Assembly (NCBI GenBank): GCA_963664825.1 | Contig: OY761614.1 | Location: forward strand, 1,504,001-1,568,000 | From: an uncultured Holophaga sp. | GTDB taxonomy: Bacteria > Acidobacteriota > Holophagae > Holophagales > Holophagaceae | Length of the DNA stretch: 64,000 nt | Direction: 5' to 3' | Shown: positions 37,314-46,236 of the stretch, in pieces | Layout of the letters: each line of letters starts with the position of its first letter | How positions within the stretch are numbered: the first letter of the stretch is position 1 | Position numbers and translations under genes: made by a program | The notes under the pieces: generated by a model | Databases searched by the model: none | The model's input: the letters and a program-made list of their open reading frames with translations, nothing else | What the model was told of the DNA's origin: nothing

Positions 37314-38885
37314 TCCGCATCAGTGCCTTCAAGCCCACCCGTCTCCGAGGCAAATTCCTACTGCTCTTCTGGAGTCAGATGATCCTGCTGGGACTGGTCT
37401 TTGTGCTGGGATATGCCGCACTGAACCGCCTCAGGAGCGGACAGATCGAACTGGGGGGGAATCTGCCGAAGGCGGCCGTTGCGGCCCAGGTCCTTCACGA
37501 TTCGGATGCGCTAAGGGTGATCCACGTCTCCCTGATTGGGGGCGGGCGCAATGTCGAATATGTCGACAAGCGGCTCAAACGCCTGAAGGAAGTGGAAGGA
37601 ATGCTGACGGCTTCCCTGGTCGACGGCCGAACGCGAAAAGATCGACAGCATCGTCTCGGGAATGCGGCGCTACATGGAGGCCTTTCCACCCCTGCTGGAG
37701 AAGGCCAAGGGGGCCACTGCGGATGAACTGCCCGAGTTGATCGAAGCCAATACCTCCTTTCGGAGGGAGGCCTACAACCTCCTCCTCAAGCTCCTGCCCG
37801 AGATCCAAGCCAAGGGTGAATCCCAGGTGGCGCTGGACCTCCGTGCCAGTGGGCTCAGCCAAGCCTGGATGCTGGCCGGTCTTGCAATGGCCGTGTTCTT
37901 GGGCCTGGGCATCACGAGGGTGGTGAGCCGCCAGGTGCATCGCCAGGCCGAGGCGTTGACGGGTAGCATGACGGCTCTGGCTCATGGGGATCTGACCCAT
38001 GTCTGCAGGATCACGACACAGGATGAACTCGGAGAGGCTGGTGAGAGCTTGAACCGGGTCCAACAGCAATTGAGAGAGGATATCCGGGCCATCGCAGAGG
38101 CCACGGATCAGACGGCCTCCTCCGCTGCGGAGCTGGCTGCCACCTCCAGCGAGATTAATCATGCCACCGAGGACATCAGTCGTTCGGCCCAGGCACAGCG
38201 GCAGATCATGGCCCAGAGTTCCCAGATCCTGAGCGGGATGTCTCGGATCGTAGGCACGGTGCAGGCCGACACGAAGCGTTTGGAGGAACTGGCGGGCTCC
38301 ACCAAACAGGCCAGCAGCGCCGGGCGGGAAGGCGCCGGTGAACTGGATCAGGCCATGGGTGCGATCCTTGAGAGCTCTCAGCGGGTGGGACGCATCACGG
38401 GCGTCATCGCCGATATTGCCCGGCAGACCAATCTGCTCTCGCTCAATGCCGCCATTGAGGCGGCCAAGGCGGGGTCCCAGGGAAAAGGCTTCGCCGTGGT
38501 GGCCGAGGAGATCCGGAAACTCGCCGAGCGCTCCGCTCAGGCCGCCAAAGAAATCGCGGTGCTCATCCAGGAGAGTTCCGAAAGGGTCCGGATGGGATCC
38601 GCTGCCGTGGGCCGCGTGAGCGGAAGCCTGGGGGAAATCGTGGCCTTCGTGGATGAGAATGGTCACCGGGTGCGGGAGATCGCTACCGCCATGGATGCAC
38701 AGGCCAATCAGAACCAGGAGTTGGTGGGCTGCATGGATTCCGCCACGGGATTGACGGAGCGCAACGCATCTGCCACCGCCCAGTTGGCCGCTGCCATGCA
38801 CGAGACCTCCCTGACCGTGGAACATCTGGCCCATCTGGCCTCGCGCCTTCATCGCCAGATCGAGCGCTTCAAGACAGAGGGCTGA
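37310..38885 (+). pseudogene. Methyl-accepting chemotaxis protein split by a frameshift near 37615
   Basis: ORF 37310-37726 carries TM1 and the start of the sensor domain. A second frame (…[18 protein letters not shown]…) carries TM2, HAMP and [30 protein letters not shown]. Confidence 0.8.
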
Positions 38886-38923
38886 AGCGGTCAAGGGCAT
38901 AATGAGGTTTTACAAGGCCCTGG

Positions 38924-40036
38924 ATGATTTCTTCCCTGCGTCTCCGTGCTCTGCCCTACGCCCTAGGCATCCTGGTTTGGGCCCTGGGCCCCTGCCTGGT
39001 GGCCCAGGCGTTGCCCACCACTGCGGTCGTTGGGTCGGTTGATGTCGACGACGGTCCCCATGTGATCTGGAAGGGGTCCCGGTCCCAGGTCTTCAGGATT
39101 CGTGGGGGGCGATTGGAGGTGGAAGCAGCCCAGGGGCGCGTGATCTTGGCCCTGCCCGGAGTCGCCGCAAGCCCCCTCGTGCTGAGGCCTGCTAAGCCGC
39201 TCCCTGCCCGGGCCGTCTTCCCGGGGCCTTCGAAGATACTGGCCCTGAGCGATATCCACGGCCGTTTCGACAGGATGCTGGAACTGCTCAAGGCCCACGG
39301 GGTGGTGGATGATCGCCTGCGATGGACCTTCGGCCACGGCCATCTGGTGATCCTGGGGGATGTCATGGACCGGGGCCCAGGGGTGACGGAATCCCTGTGG
39401 TTTCTCAAGGCCCTGGAAGGGGCGGCCCGGAAGGAGGGGGGCTGGGTCCATGTCCTGCTCGGCAATCACGAAACCATGGTGGCCTCCGGCGATCTCCGCT
39501 ACCTCCACCGGAAGTACGCTGGAAAGATCCCAGGCCTGCCTTCCCAGCCGGAGCTCTATGGCCCGGAATCCGAACTGGGACGCTGGCTCCGGAGCCTTCC
39601 CGTCCTCCTCAAGTTGGGGGACTTCCTCTTCGTCCATGGAGGGATCTCTCCGGAACTCCTGGCCAGTGGCCTGGACCTCCAGCGGATCAATGCCTGCTTC
39701 CGCAGCGCCTTCGGTCTCCGGGCCCGCCAGGCGGAAGGCGAGGTTGCGCTGCTGCTGGGCTCTAGCGGACCGGTCTGGTACCGGGGCCTGCTGGCCCCGG
39801 GGGGGAGGCCCTCCTCCACGGAAGAAGAAGTCGATCAGGTCCTGGCCCGTTTCCAGGTCAAGGCCCTCGTGGTGGGACACACTTCCCTGGAGCATGTGAC
39901 GGCCTTCCACGAGGGGAAGGTGTTCGGCATCGATGCCGGGATCCAGGAGGGCCGCCCAGGAGAGGCGTGGATCTGGGAAAAGGGGCGCGCCTGGCGAGGG
40001 ACGGCGGAGGGCGGGCGCGAAGCGCTTCAGCCCTGA
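38924..40036 (+). CDS. Secreted calcineurin-like metallophosphoesterase (Shewanella-like phosphatase type)
   Basis: Signal peptide; SDIHG, GDVMDRG, GNHE, VHGG, GPVWYRG and VVGHT. Confidence 0.88.
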   Translation: MISSLRLRALPYALGILVWALGPCLVAQALPTTAVVGSVDVDDGPHVIWKGSRSQVFRIRGGRLEVEAAQGRVILALPGVAASPLVLRPAKPLPARAVFPGPSKILALSDIHGRFDRMLELLKAHGVVDDRLRWTFGHGHLVILGDVMDRGPGVTESLWFLKALEGAARKEGGWVHVLLGNHETMVASGDLRYLHRKYAGKIPGLPSQPELYGPESELGRWLRSLPVLLKLGDFLFVHGGISPELLASGLDLQRINACFRSAFGLRARQAEGEVALLLGSSGPVWYRGLLAPGGRPSSTEEEVDQVLARFQVKALVVGHTSLEHVTAFHEGKVFGIDAGIQEGRPGEAWIWEKGRAWRGTAEGGREALQP

Positions 40037-40040
40037 AGGA

Positions 40041-40478
40041 TCATTCCAGGCGATCGGCCGGGATGTGCTGGTTCTGCCGTTCATCCAGCCATTCCTGGAG
40101 CAGGACGGCGGCGGCCGCCGCATCCAGCTTGGCCTTGCGGTCCTTGGCCTTCACGCCCCGCTGGGCCAGGAGGCGCTCGGCCTCCATGCTGGTGAGGTGC
40201 TCGTCCAGGAAGCGCAAGGGGAGTCCCGTGCGGGCGGCCAGGGCTTCCCCGAAGGTCCGGGCCAGGGGGGCCGTGGCCGATTCCGTGCCGTCCTTGTGGC
40301 GGGGCAGGCCCACCAGCAGGCCCTGGACGCCTTCGGTCTTGGCGAGGGTCACCAGCTTCTCCAGGGTGGCTTCCTCCTCCATGGGCCACACCGCGAAGGG
40401 CGAAGCCAGGAGCTCCAACTCGTCGCTGAAGGCGAGGCCGATTTTCTTGGTGCCATGATCGATAGAGAGCCAGCGCAT
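40041..40478 (-). CDS. ruvX: RuvX/YqgF pre-16S rRNA nuclease
   Basis: IDHGTKKIGLA.SD, VGLP, DEHLTS and D..AA..LLQ. Confidence 0.92.
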   Translation of the reverse strand: MRWLSIDHGTKKIGLAFSDELELLASPFAVWPMEEEATLEKLVTLAKTEGVQGLLVGLPRHKDGTESATAPLARTFGEALAARTGLPLRFLDEHLTSMEAERLLAQRGVKAKDRKAKLDAAAAAVLLQEWLDERQNQHIPADRLE

Positions 40479-40480
40479 CC

Positions 40481-40490
40481 TGCCATCCTA
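40481..40490. promoter_or_regulatory. Overlapping divergent -10 elements (bidirectional leaderless promoter)
   Basis: Plus strand TGcCATCCT-N6-ATG(40496); minus strand TAGGAT-N6-ATG(40478). Confidence 0.65.
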
Positions 40491-40495
40491 TCGGC

Positions 40496-41008
40496 ATGGA
40501 CGGGTGGACGCGCTTTCAAACGAAGTTTGGTTGGATGGCTCTGGCCTGGAATACCAGGGGGCTCTGTCGGCTTTGCCTCACGGGTCCCGAGCGGCCTGAG
40601 ATCGAGGAGGGCCCCGTGCCGGAATGGGTGCGGGCCGCCGTTGCAGTGTTGACCCGTCACCTGGGCGGCGAGGCCGTGGACCTGGCAGGCCTGCCCCTCG
40701 ATCTCCAAGGACTCTCCCCCTTCGCGCGTCGGGTGCTGGAGGCCCTTAGGGGAACCCGGCCAGGGGAGGTGCTCACCTACGGCCAGCTGGCCCGATTGGC
40801 GGGGTCTCCCGGAGCGGCCAGGGCCGTGGGCCAGGTGATGGCCCATAATCCCCTGCCCATCCTCATCCCCTGTCACCGGGTGGTGGCGGCCCATGGCCCC
40901 GGCGGCTTCAGCCTCTTCGGCAGCCTGGAGACCAAGGAGCGCCTGATGGCGCTGGAGGCCCCAGCCGGTGAGATACTTGGAGCCCATGGCGCACCCTCTC
41001 CCCGATGA
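40496..41008 (+). CDS. ogt: Methylated-DNA--protein-cysteine methyltransferase
   Basis: TYGQLA, ARAVG and NP.PILIPCHRV. Confidence 0.92.
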   Translation: MDGWTRFQTKFGWMALAWNTRGLCRLCLTGPERPEIEEGPVPEWVRAAVAVLTRHLGGEAVDLAGLPLDLQGLSPFARRVLEALRGTRPGEVLTYGQLARLAGSPGAARAVGQVMAHNPLPILIPCHRVVAAHGPGGFSLFGSLETKERLMALEAPAGEILGAHGAPSPR

Positions 41009-41876
41009 ACTCCTGAAGCTCCCCCACCGGCGGGACGTGCCCTTTGCTCGCCTCACGACCCTGGGTGTGGGGGGCCTCTGCCGCTGGCTCTTCGAGCCCA
41101 CCACTGAAATGGAGGCCCAGGCCTTCGTTCGGGCCTGCCACTCGGAGAGCCTGCCCTACCGCGTGCTGGGAGGGGGTTCCAATCTGCTGGTGCTGGGGGA
41201 TATCCCTGAGCCCGTGCTGCGCCTGCGCCTGGGTGCGGGGGTCGTACGGAAGGGCCATGAGCTGACGGCACCCTCCAGCCATGGTCACATCGCCCTGGCC
41301 CAGGCCGCGGCGGCCGAAGGCCTCTCCGGCCTGGAATGGGCCAGCGGCATCCCAGGGAGTCTGGGAGGGGCCATCCGCATGAACGCCGGCGCCCATGGTG
41401 GGGAATGGGTGCAGGTGCTCGCGCGCTACCGCTTCCTCACACCCGAGGGGGAGCTGGTGGAGAAGGCGCCGGAGCCTGGGGAATTCCGCTACCGGGGCAG
41501 TTGGCTGTCGGGGGGACAAGTGGTGCTCTCGGCCACGGCGCGCCTGGTGGAAGGCGATCCCCAGGCCATCCTCGCCCGGATGGCCGAATACCGGGGGAGG
41601 CGCGGCAACAGCCAGCCCCTTTCCAAGCGCAACGCGGGCTGCATCTTCAAGAACCCCCCCGGCCAGAGCGCCGGCCGAATCATCGAGGGCGCAGGCCTCA
41701 AGGGCCTGCGCATCGGCGATGCCGAAGTGAGCGCCGAACACGGCAATTTTCTCGTGAACCGTGGCCACGCCACGCCTGAGGATTTCGCAACGCTCCTGGC
41801 CCAGGTGCGGGAGAGGGTGCGGGAGACCCAGGGCGTGGAGTTGGAGACGGAAGTGGAAATCTGGGAGGCCGACTAG
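40986..41876 (+). CDS. murB: UDP-N-acetylenolpyruvoylglucosamine reductase
   Basis: LGGGSNLL, GIPGSLGGA.RMNAGA, AGCIFKNP, HGNF and LETEV. Confidence 0.95.
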   Translation: MAHPLPDELLKLPHRRDVPFARLTTLGVGGLCRWLFEPTTEMEAQAFVRACHSESLPYRVLGGGSNLLVLGDIPEPVLRLRLGAGVVRKGHELTAPSSHGHIALAQAAAAEGLSGLEWASGIPGSLGGAIRMNAGAHGGEWVQVLARYRFLTPEGELVEKAPEPGEFRYRGSWLSGGQVVLSATARLVEGDPQAILARMAEYRGRRGNSQPLSKRNAGCIFKNPPGQSAGRIIEGAGLKGLRIGDAEVSAEHGNFLVNRGHATPEDFATLLAQVRERVRETQGVELETEVEIWEAD

Positions 41877-43447
41877 CCTGCCAGGCTTTTCCACACTTCC
41901 CCCAGGGACTTCAGCAGATGGGCGAAGTCCTCTTCCGGGTGGGGCACCATGAGGCAGACCTGGATCCAGTTCCGGTTGCGCAGGTAGCCGCTCTGCCAGC
42001 CCAGCTGGATGTGCCGGGCGGCCATCTCTTCCCCAAAAGCGGCAGCAGAGATCTCCCGGGGCAGAGCCAGCGTGATGGCGCAGGGATGGGCCCCCTCCGG
42101 CGGGGCGAGCACCGGCAGACCCAGTTCATCGCAGGCCCGGCGCAGGCGGAGGGACTGGGCGGCCAGAGCCTGGAAGGGGCCATCCCCATCGAATCGCTTG
42201 AGGGCCTGGGCCAAGGCGCCCACCAGGTTGGAACTATGGGTGAAGGGTGTGCCCTCGGCCTGATCCCAGGTGCCCAAGTCCAGGTATCTGGGCAGGTATT
42301 CGGAAGGTTCCAGGGGCCTATCGTGGAAGACGATGGCGAGCCCCGGGAATCCAGCCAGGGCCTTGCCACTGGTGGCTGCGGCAAAGCGCACGCCCTTGAG
42401 ATTAAGAGGCACGGCCCCCAGGGTGCTCACGCAGTCCAGGGCCAGATCTGCGCCCCTGGCGCCGCAAAGATCCTTGAGGGCTTGGATGGGATTAAGGACG
42501 CCTGTGCTGGTCTCGCCATGGACGGCCCAGATCCACCGGGCGCGGGGTTCCTGGTCCATCACGGTGGCCACGAGGCCCAGATCCAGGGGCTTCCCCCATT
42601 CCGATTGGACGGTGCGGAAATCCAGGCGCCAGCGATGGGCCTGTTCCAGCAGCCGGTCTCCGAATTCGCCGTTGCTGAGCACGAGCCCTGGGCCTTCCAG
42701 CAGGGAGAGCTGGGCCGCCACGGTCTCGTTGGCCAGGGTGCCCGTGCCTAGGAGGACCTGGACGAAGGGGGCCCCGGATAGCTTCTTGAGGCCGGCCCGG
42801 GTTTCTTCGAAGAGATTCCGGAAGACAGGACCTCGGTGGTAGCGGGCCGGGCGGTTCAGGGCTCGGCGCACATCGGCGGGGATGGGCACGGGGCCCGGCA
42901 AGAAATTGACGGGTTCCAGAACCCCTTCGAATTTCTTTCCAAAGACTTCGGCCCTCAGGAACATGGGCTGGTAGGGAGCCTCCTCGGTGCCTACCACGGG
43001 ACCGAAATCCTCGAAGCCCATGTGGTGGTAGAGTTTGGCCTGGCGCAGGGCGCCGGAGATCACCGCCAGATCGTGGCCCCGGCGCCCACACTCCTTCACC
43101 AGGCTCTCCAGGAGGCCTCGGAAGACGCCGGGGGCCCGATGCTCGGGCTTGATGGCCAGCAGGCGCACCTCGCAGAGGGAGCGATGGGGAGGGAGGTGCC
43201 GGTCCAGGTCTGGCAGCTTGGCATCCAGGCTGAAGGGGCGCCTCGCCCTCAGGGCGACCATCCCCACCACCTCGGCGCCATGGAGGGCCAGGATGTAGTG
43301 GTTCTCGTCATGGAAAGGGTCCCTCAGGCGCCCATTGGCCTGGGGAGGATGCTGAGGTATCTCGGAAGTGAAGGTGCCGTGGTTCAATTTTTCAATAGCC
43401 TGGAATTCCCAGGCTTCGGTCGCGGCCTTGAATCGATATGTTTCCAC
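41873..43447 (-). CDS. GNAT/acyltransferase-like domain fused to a class V PLP aminotransferase
   Basis: N-terminal FTSEIPQH..PFSLD.K..EVRLLA..LY..MGF; C-terminal LPGPV, HGETSTG, DCVS and SGKAL (PLP lysine). GTG start. Confidence 0.85.
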   Translation of the reverse strand: METYRFKAATEAWEFQAIEKLNHGTFTSEIPQHPPQANGRLRDPFHDENHYILALHGAEVVGMVALRARRPFSLDAKLPDLDRHLPPHRSLCEVRLLAIKPEHRAPGVFRGLLESLVKECGRRGHDLAVISGALRQAKLYHHMGFEDFGPVVGTEEAPYQPMFLRAEVFGKKFEGVLEPVNFLPGPVPIPADVRRALNRPARYHRGPVFRNLFEETRAGLKKLSGAPFVQVLLGTGTLANETVAAQLSLLEGPGLVLSNGEFGDRLLEQAHRWRLDFRTVQSEWGKPLDLGLVATVMDQEPRARWIWAVHGETSTGVLNPIQALKDLCGARGADLALDCVSTLGAVPLNLKGVRFAAATSGKALAGFPGLAIVFHDRPLEPSEYLPRYLDLGTWDQAEGTPFTHSSNLVGALAQALKRFDGDGPFQALAAQSLRLRRACDELGLPVLAPPEGAHPCAITLALPREISAAAFGEEMAARHIQLGWQSGYLRNRNWIQVCLMVPHPEEDFAHLLKSLGEVWKSLAG

Positions 43448-43481
43448 TGGGCACCCGGGTTTTCAGGAAGGTGACACCAAT

Positions 43482-44072
43482 CTACCGCTCTTCCTGCTGG
43501 GGTGAACTCCCGAGTTTCAGCGTCTTTACATGGGTCGCTACCAGCAGTCCCGCGAGCAGCGTGAAGCCCAGGCAATCCCAGGAGTTCAGGCCGAGGGGAT
43601 GCCGCAGGAACCAAGCCAGGAAGGGGCCGACCAGCACGGCCAGCATCCCTCCCTGCTTGAAGCTGCGAGTCAGGCCCCAGCCAAGGAGGAGTGGAATGGC
43701 GAGAAGGGCCGCCAGCAGAGGGGATGTGGCCAGCAGGCCCCCCACGGCCGGAGAGATGCCCCGCCCTCCCTTGAAGCCCAGCTGGACGGGCCAGACATGC
43801 CCCAGCACCACCAGCATCCAGGCCAGGGGCGGCGCCCAGGGGCTCGGCACCAGGAGGCGCGCCACCATTACTGCGGCGAGGCCCTTGAATACGTCGAGGC
43901 CGAAGGTGAAGACGAAGGCTCCCTTCCCCAGGAGGCGTCCCGCGTTGCGGGCCCCCGTGCTCCCGCTGCCCGCAGTTCTCAGATCCAGGCCCTTCCACAG
44001 GGCCAGGTAGTAGCCCGCCGAGAGGCAGCCCAGGCCATAGGCAAAGAGGAGTGCGACGAGGAGCTGGGGCAT
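43482..44072 (-). CDS. plsY: PlsY-family glycerol-3-phosphate acyltransferase-like protein
   Basis: DLR..GSGSTGARNA.R, DVFKG and GHVWP..LGFKGGRG. Confidence 0.8.
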   Translation of the reverse strand: MPQLLVALLFAYGLGCLSAGYYLALWKGLDLRTAGSGSTGARNAGRLLGKGAFVFTFGLDVFKGLAAVMVARLLVPSPWAPPLAWMLVVLGHVWPVQLGFKGGRGISPAVGGLLATSPLLAALLAIPLLLGWGLTRSFKQGGMLAVLVGPFLAWFLRHPLGLNSWDCLGFTLLAGLLVATHVKTLKLGSSPQQEER

Positions 44073-44149
44073 GGCAGGAATGCTCACCCACCCCGGGACC
44101 GCCGTCAAGATCGGAGGCATCCCTCCGGGATATGAGGTACGCTTGCGGA

Positions 44150-44944
44150 ATGGCGCTCTCCTCCCGGCCCCGCCCTCCCCGGCCCTGGTTCCCCTGGGTC
44201 CGGGCGCTGATTGTCATGATCCTGGTGGCTGGGGCGGGCCTGGGCGCGCTGGAATTGGGTCAGCGCTACCTGGGGCTCCAGCGTCTGACCATCGAGCAGG
44301 TGGCCATCACGGGGTGCCGCGGGGAGCGGTTGGCGGAAGTGCAGCGGGTGGCCAACGAGCTCTGCCTGGGTAAACCCCTCTTCTGGTTCGACGCGGCCAA
44401 ATTGAGGCTAAGCCTGGAGGAGAGGCGGTGGGTGAAGGGCCTGATCATCCGCCGGGACCCCCCCGATCGCCTGAGTCTGGTGCTGGAGGAACGCCAGCCC
44501 CTCCTCTGGCTGGCCCGGTCCACGGGCGTGTTCCTGCTGGCCGATGACGGGGTGGTGCTGGACAAGGTCAACCAGAGCAATTTATTGCCCATTCCCGTGG
44601 TGGCCGATCCCAAGAGCCAGACCGATGAATGCGTCCTCGCCTTGATCCGTACGGCGGCGGTGTTGCGGGATCGGCAGAAGGATTTCTTTGAGAGGGTCTC
44701 CGAACTCCGCTGGAGCTCCCGGGGGCCTGTAGCCTACCTGGAGGGCCTCCAGGCGCCGATCTACCTCTCCAAGCAGGATCCCGCGAAAAATATTCCGGAT
44801 TTCCAGGCCATCTATCTCGAGCGCTACGCCAAGACTCCGGAACTGGCCCGGGTGCGCTACTTCGATCTCCGCTGGGATGGAGATGTGGTGGCAGGGGATC
44901 TGGAGACCCTTGTCCCACCGAAGGTTATGGGCGATAAACAATAG
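44150..44944 (+). CDS. ftsQ: Cell division protein FtsQ/DivIB
   Basis: Single TM segment, POTRA region WVK..IRR.PPD.L...EERQP, YFDLRW; lies upstream of ftsA. Confidence 0.85.
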   Translation: MALSSRPRPPRPWFPWVRALIVMILVAGAGLGALELGQRYLGLQRLTIEQVAITGCRGERLAEVQRVANELCLGKPLFWFDAAKLRLSLEERRWVKGLIIRRDPPDRLSLVLEERQPLLWLARSTGVFLLADDGVVLDKVNQSNLLPIPVVADPKSQTDECVLALIRTAAVLRDRQKDFFERVSELRWSSRGPVAYLEGLQAPIYLSKQDPAKNIPDFQAIYLERYAKTPELARVRYFDLRWDGDVVAGDLETLVPPKVMGDKQ

Positions 44945-45016
44945 ACAGGAGATTGTCCAGTCTCGAATTCCCCAGCTACCTGCGGCTATCATGAAGAAAA
45001 GGAACTAGGAACCCAC

Positions 45017-46234
45017 ATGGTGCAACCCGCCGTCCTCCTCGGCCTGGATCTCGGAGCAAGCAAGGTCGTCGCGGTCGTCGCGGTCCAGGGAGAAGGTGGC
45101 GTTCTCAACGTCACCGGGGCGAGTATTGCCAATTCCGAAGGCGGCATCTGCAAGGGCGAGATCACCGATATCAACCTGACCGTGGCGGCGGTGAACCGTG
45201 TGGTGGAAGAGGCCATGCGCACGGCGGGCCAGACGGCCCTCAGCGGCATTCGGGTCTCCGTCGATGGCATTCAGTTCAAGGGTGAGAATCTGCGTGATTC
45301 CATCACCATCTCCAATCCCGATCGCGTCATCACTGTGGCCGACCGGGACCGGGTCATGGAACAGGCCGCCAACGCCTGCAAGCTGGTCAAGGAGGAAACC
45401 GTCCTCCATCGCATTCCGCAGATGTTCCACATCAAGGGTCAGCGCGAGATCAAGAATCCCGTGAACATGGTGGGGGACACGCTGGAGGCGGAGATCCGCA
45501 TCATCGTTGCGCCCAGCTCGGTATTGGAAAACATCCACCGCGCCATGCAGCTCTCCTCCCTGCAGGGAGCCTCGCTCATCTATTCGCCCCTGGCCAGCGC
45601 CGAGGCCGTGCTCTCCCGGGAGGATGCGGAGAATGGCGCGGTCATCGTCGATATTGGCGATCAGCTCACCCATCTGGGCGTCTTCATCCGCGGGTCCCTC
45701 TGCCACTCCGCGGTGATTCCCATCGGGGGTCAGCACTTCACCAAGGATCTGGAGATCACCAAGCACCTGGGTGGCATCAGCGTGGCCGAGCGCATCAAGC
45801 GAGTCTATGGCACGGCCCTGCCTAGCCAGGTGGACGAGTCCGAACAGATCGAGCTGGAGGACGAAGGCCGCATGGTGTCCCGGCGTGAGCTGGCCGATGT
45901 CCTCCACGCACGCGCCATCGAGCTGTTGAACATGGTGCTCGCGGAGATCGGTCGCAGCGGCCTCGTCCATGAGATCCACGGCGGTGTGCATCTGGTGGGG
46001 GGGGGTGCGCTGCTGCCCCATCTGCCCATCCTCGCCCAGAGCATCCTGGGCCGTCCCCGGGTGGTGCTGGGCAAGGTCGTCGGGATCCAGGGCCTGCCCC
46101 AGGTCATGGGCAATCCCCTCTACACCAATGCCCTCGGCGCCGTGAAGTCCCTTCACCGGGACATGAACGACGCTTCCGGTCGTGCCGTGCGTAGCACGGG
46201 CGGCTTCTTCGAGAAATTCAAAAAATGGCTGTGA
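45017..46234 (+). CDS. ftsA: Cell division protein FtsA
   Basis: GLDLGASKV, VDIGD, GGQHFTKD, AERIK, LVGGGA and a C-terminal amphipathic helix FFEKFKKWL. Confidence 0.93.
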   Translation: MVQPAVLLGLDLGASKVVAVVAVQGEGGVLNVTGASIANSEGGICKGEITDINLTVAAVNRVVEEAMRTAGQTALSGIRVSVDGIQFKGENLRDSITISNPDRVITVADRDRVMEQAANACKLVKEETVLHRIPQMFHIKGQREIKNPVNMVGDTLEAEIRIIVAPSSVLENIHRAMQLSSLQGASLIYSPLASAEAVLSREDAENGAVIVDIGDQLTHLGVFIRGSLCHSAVIPIGGQHFTKDLEITKHLGGISVAERIKRVYGTALPSQVDESEQIELEDEGRMVSRRELADVLHARAIELLNMVLAEIGRSGLVHEIHGGVHLVGGGALLPHLPILAQSILGRPRVVLGKVVGIQGLPQVMGNPLYTNALGAVKSLHRDMNDASGRAVRSTGGFFEKFKKWL

Positions 46235-46236
46235 AC

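Noticed and set aside
19990..40040. Phosphate cluster as a mobile genomic island
   Set aside because: No integrase, transposase, tRNA or flanking direct repeats were seen. The codon style looks slightly more relaxed, but I did not quantify it.
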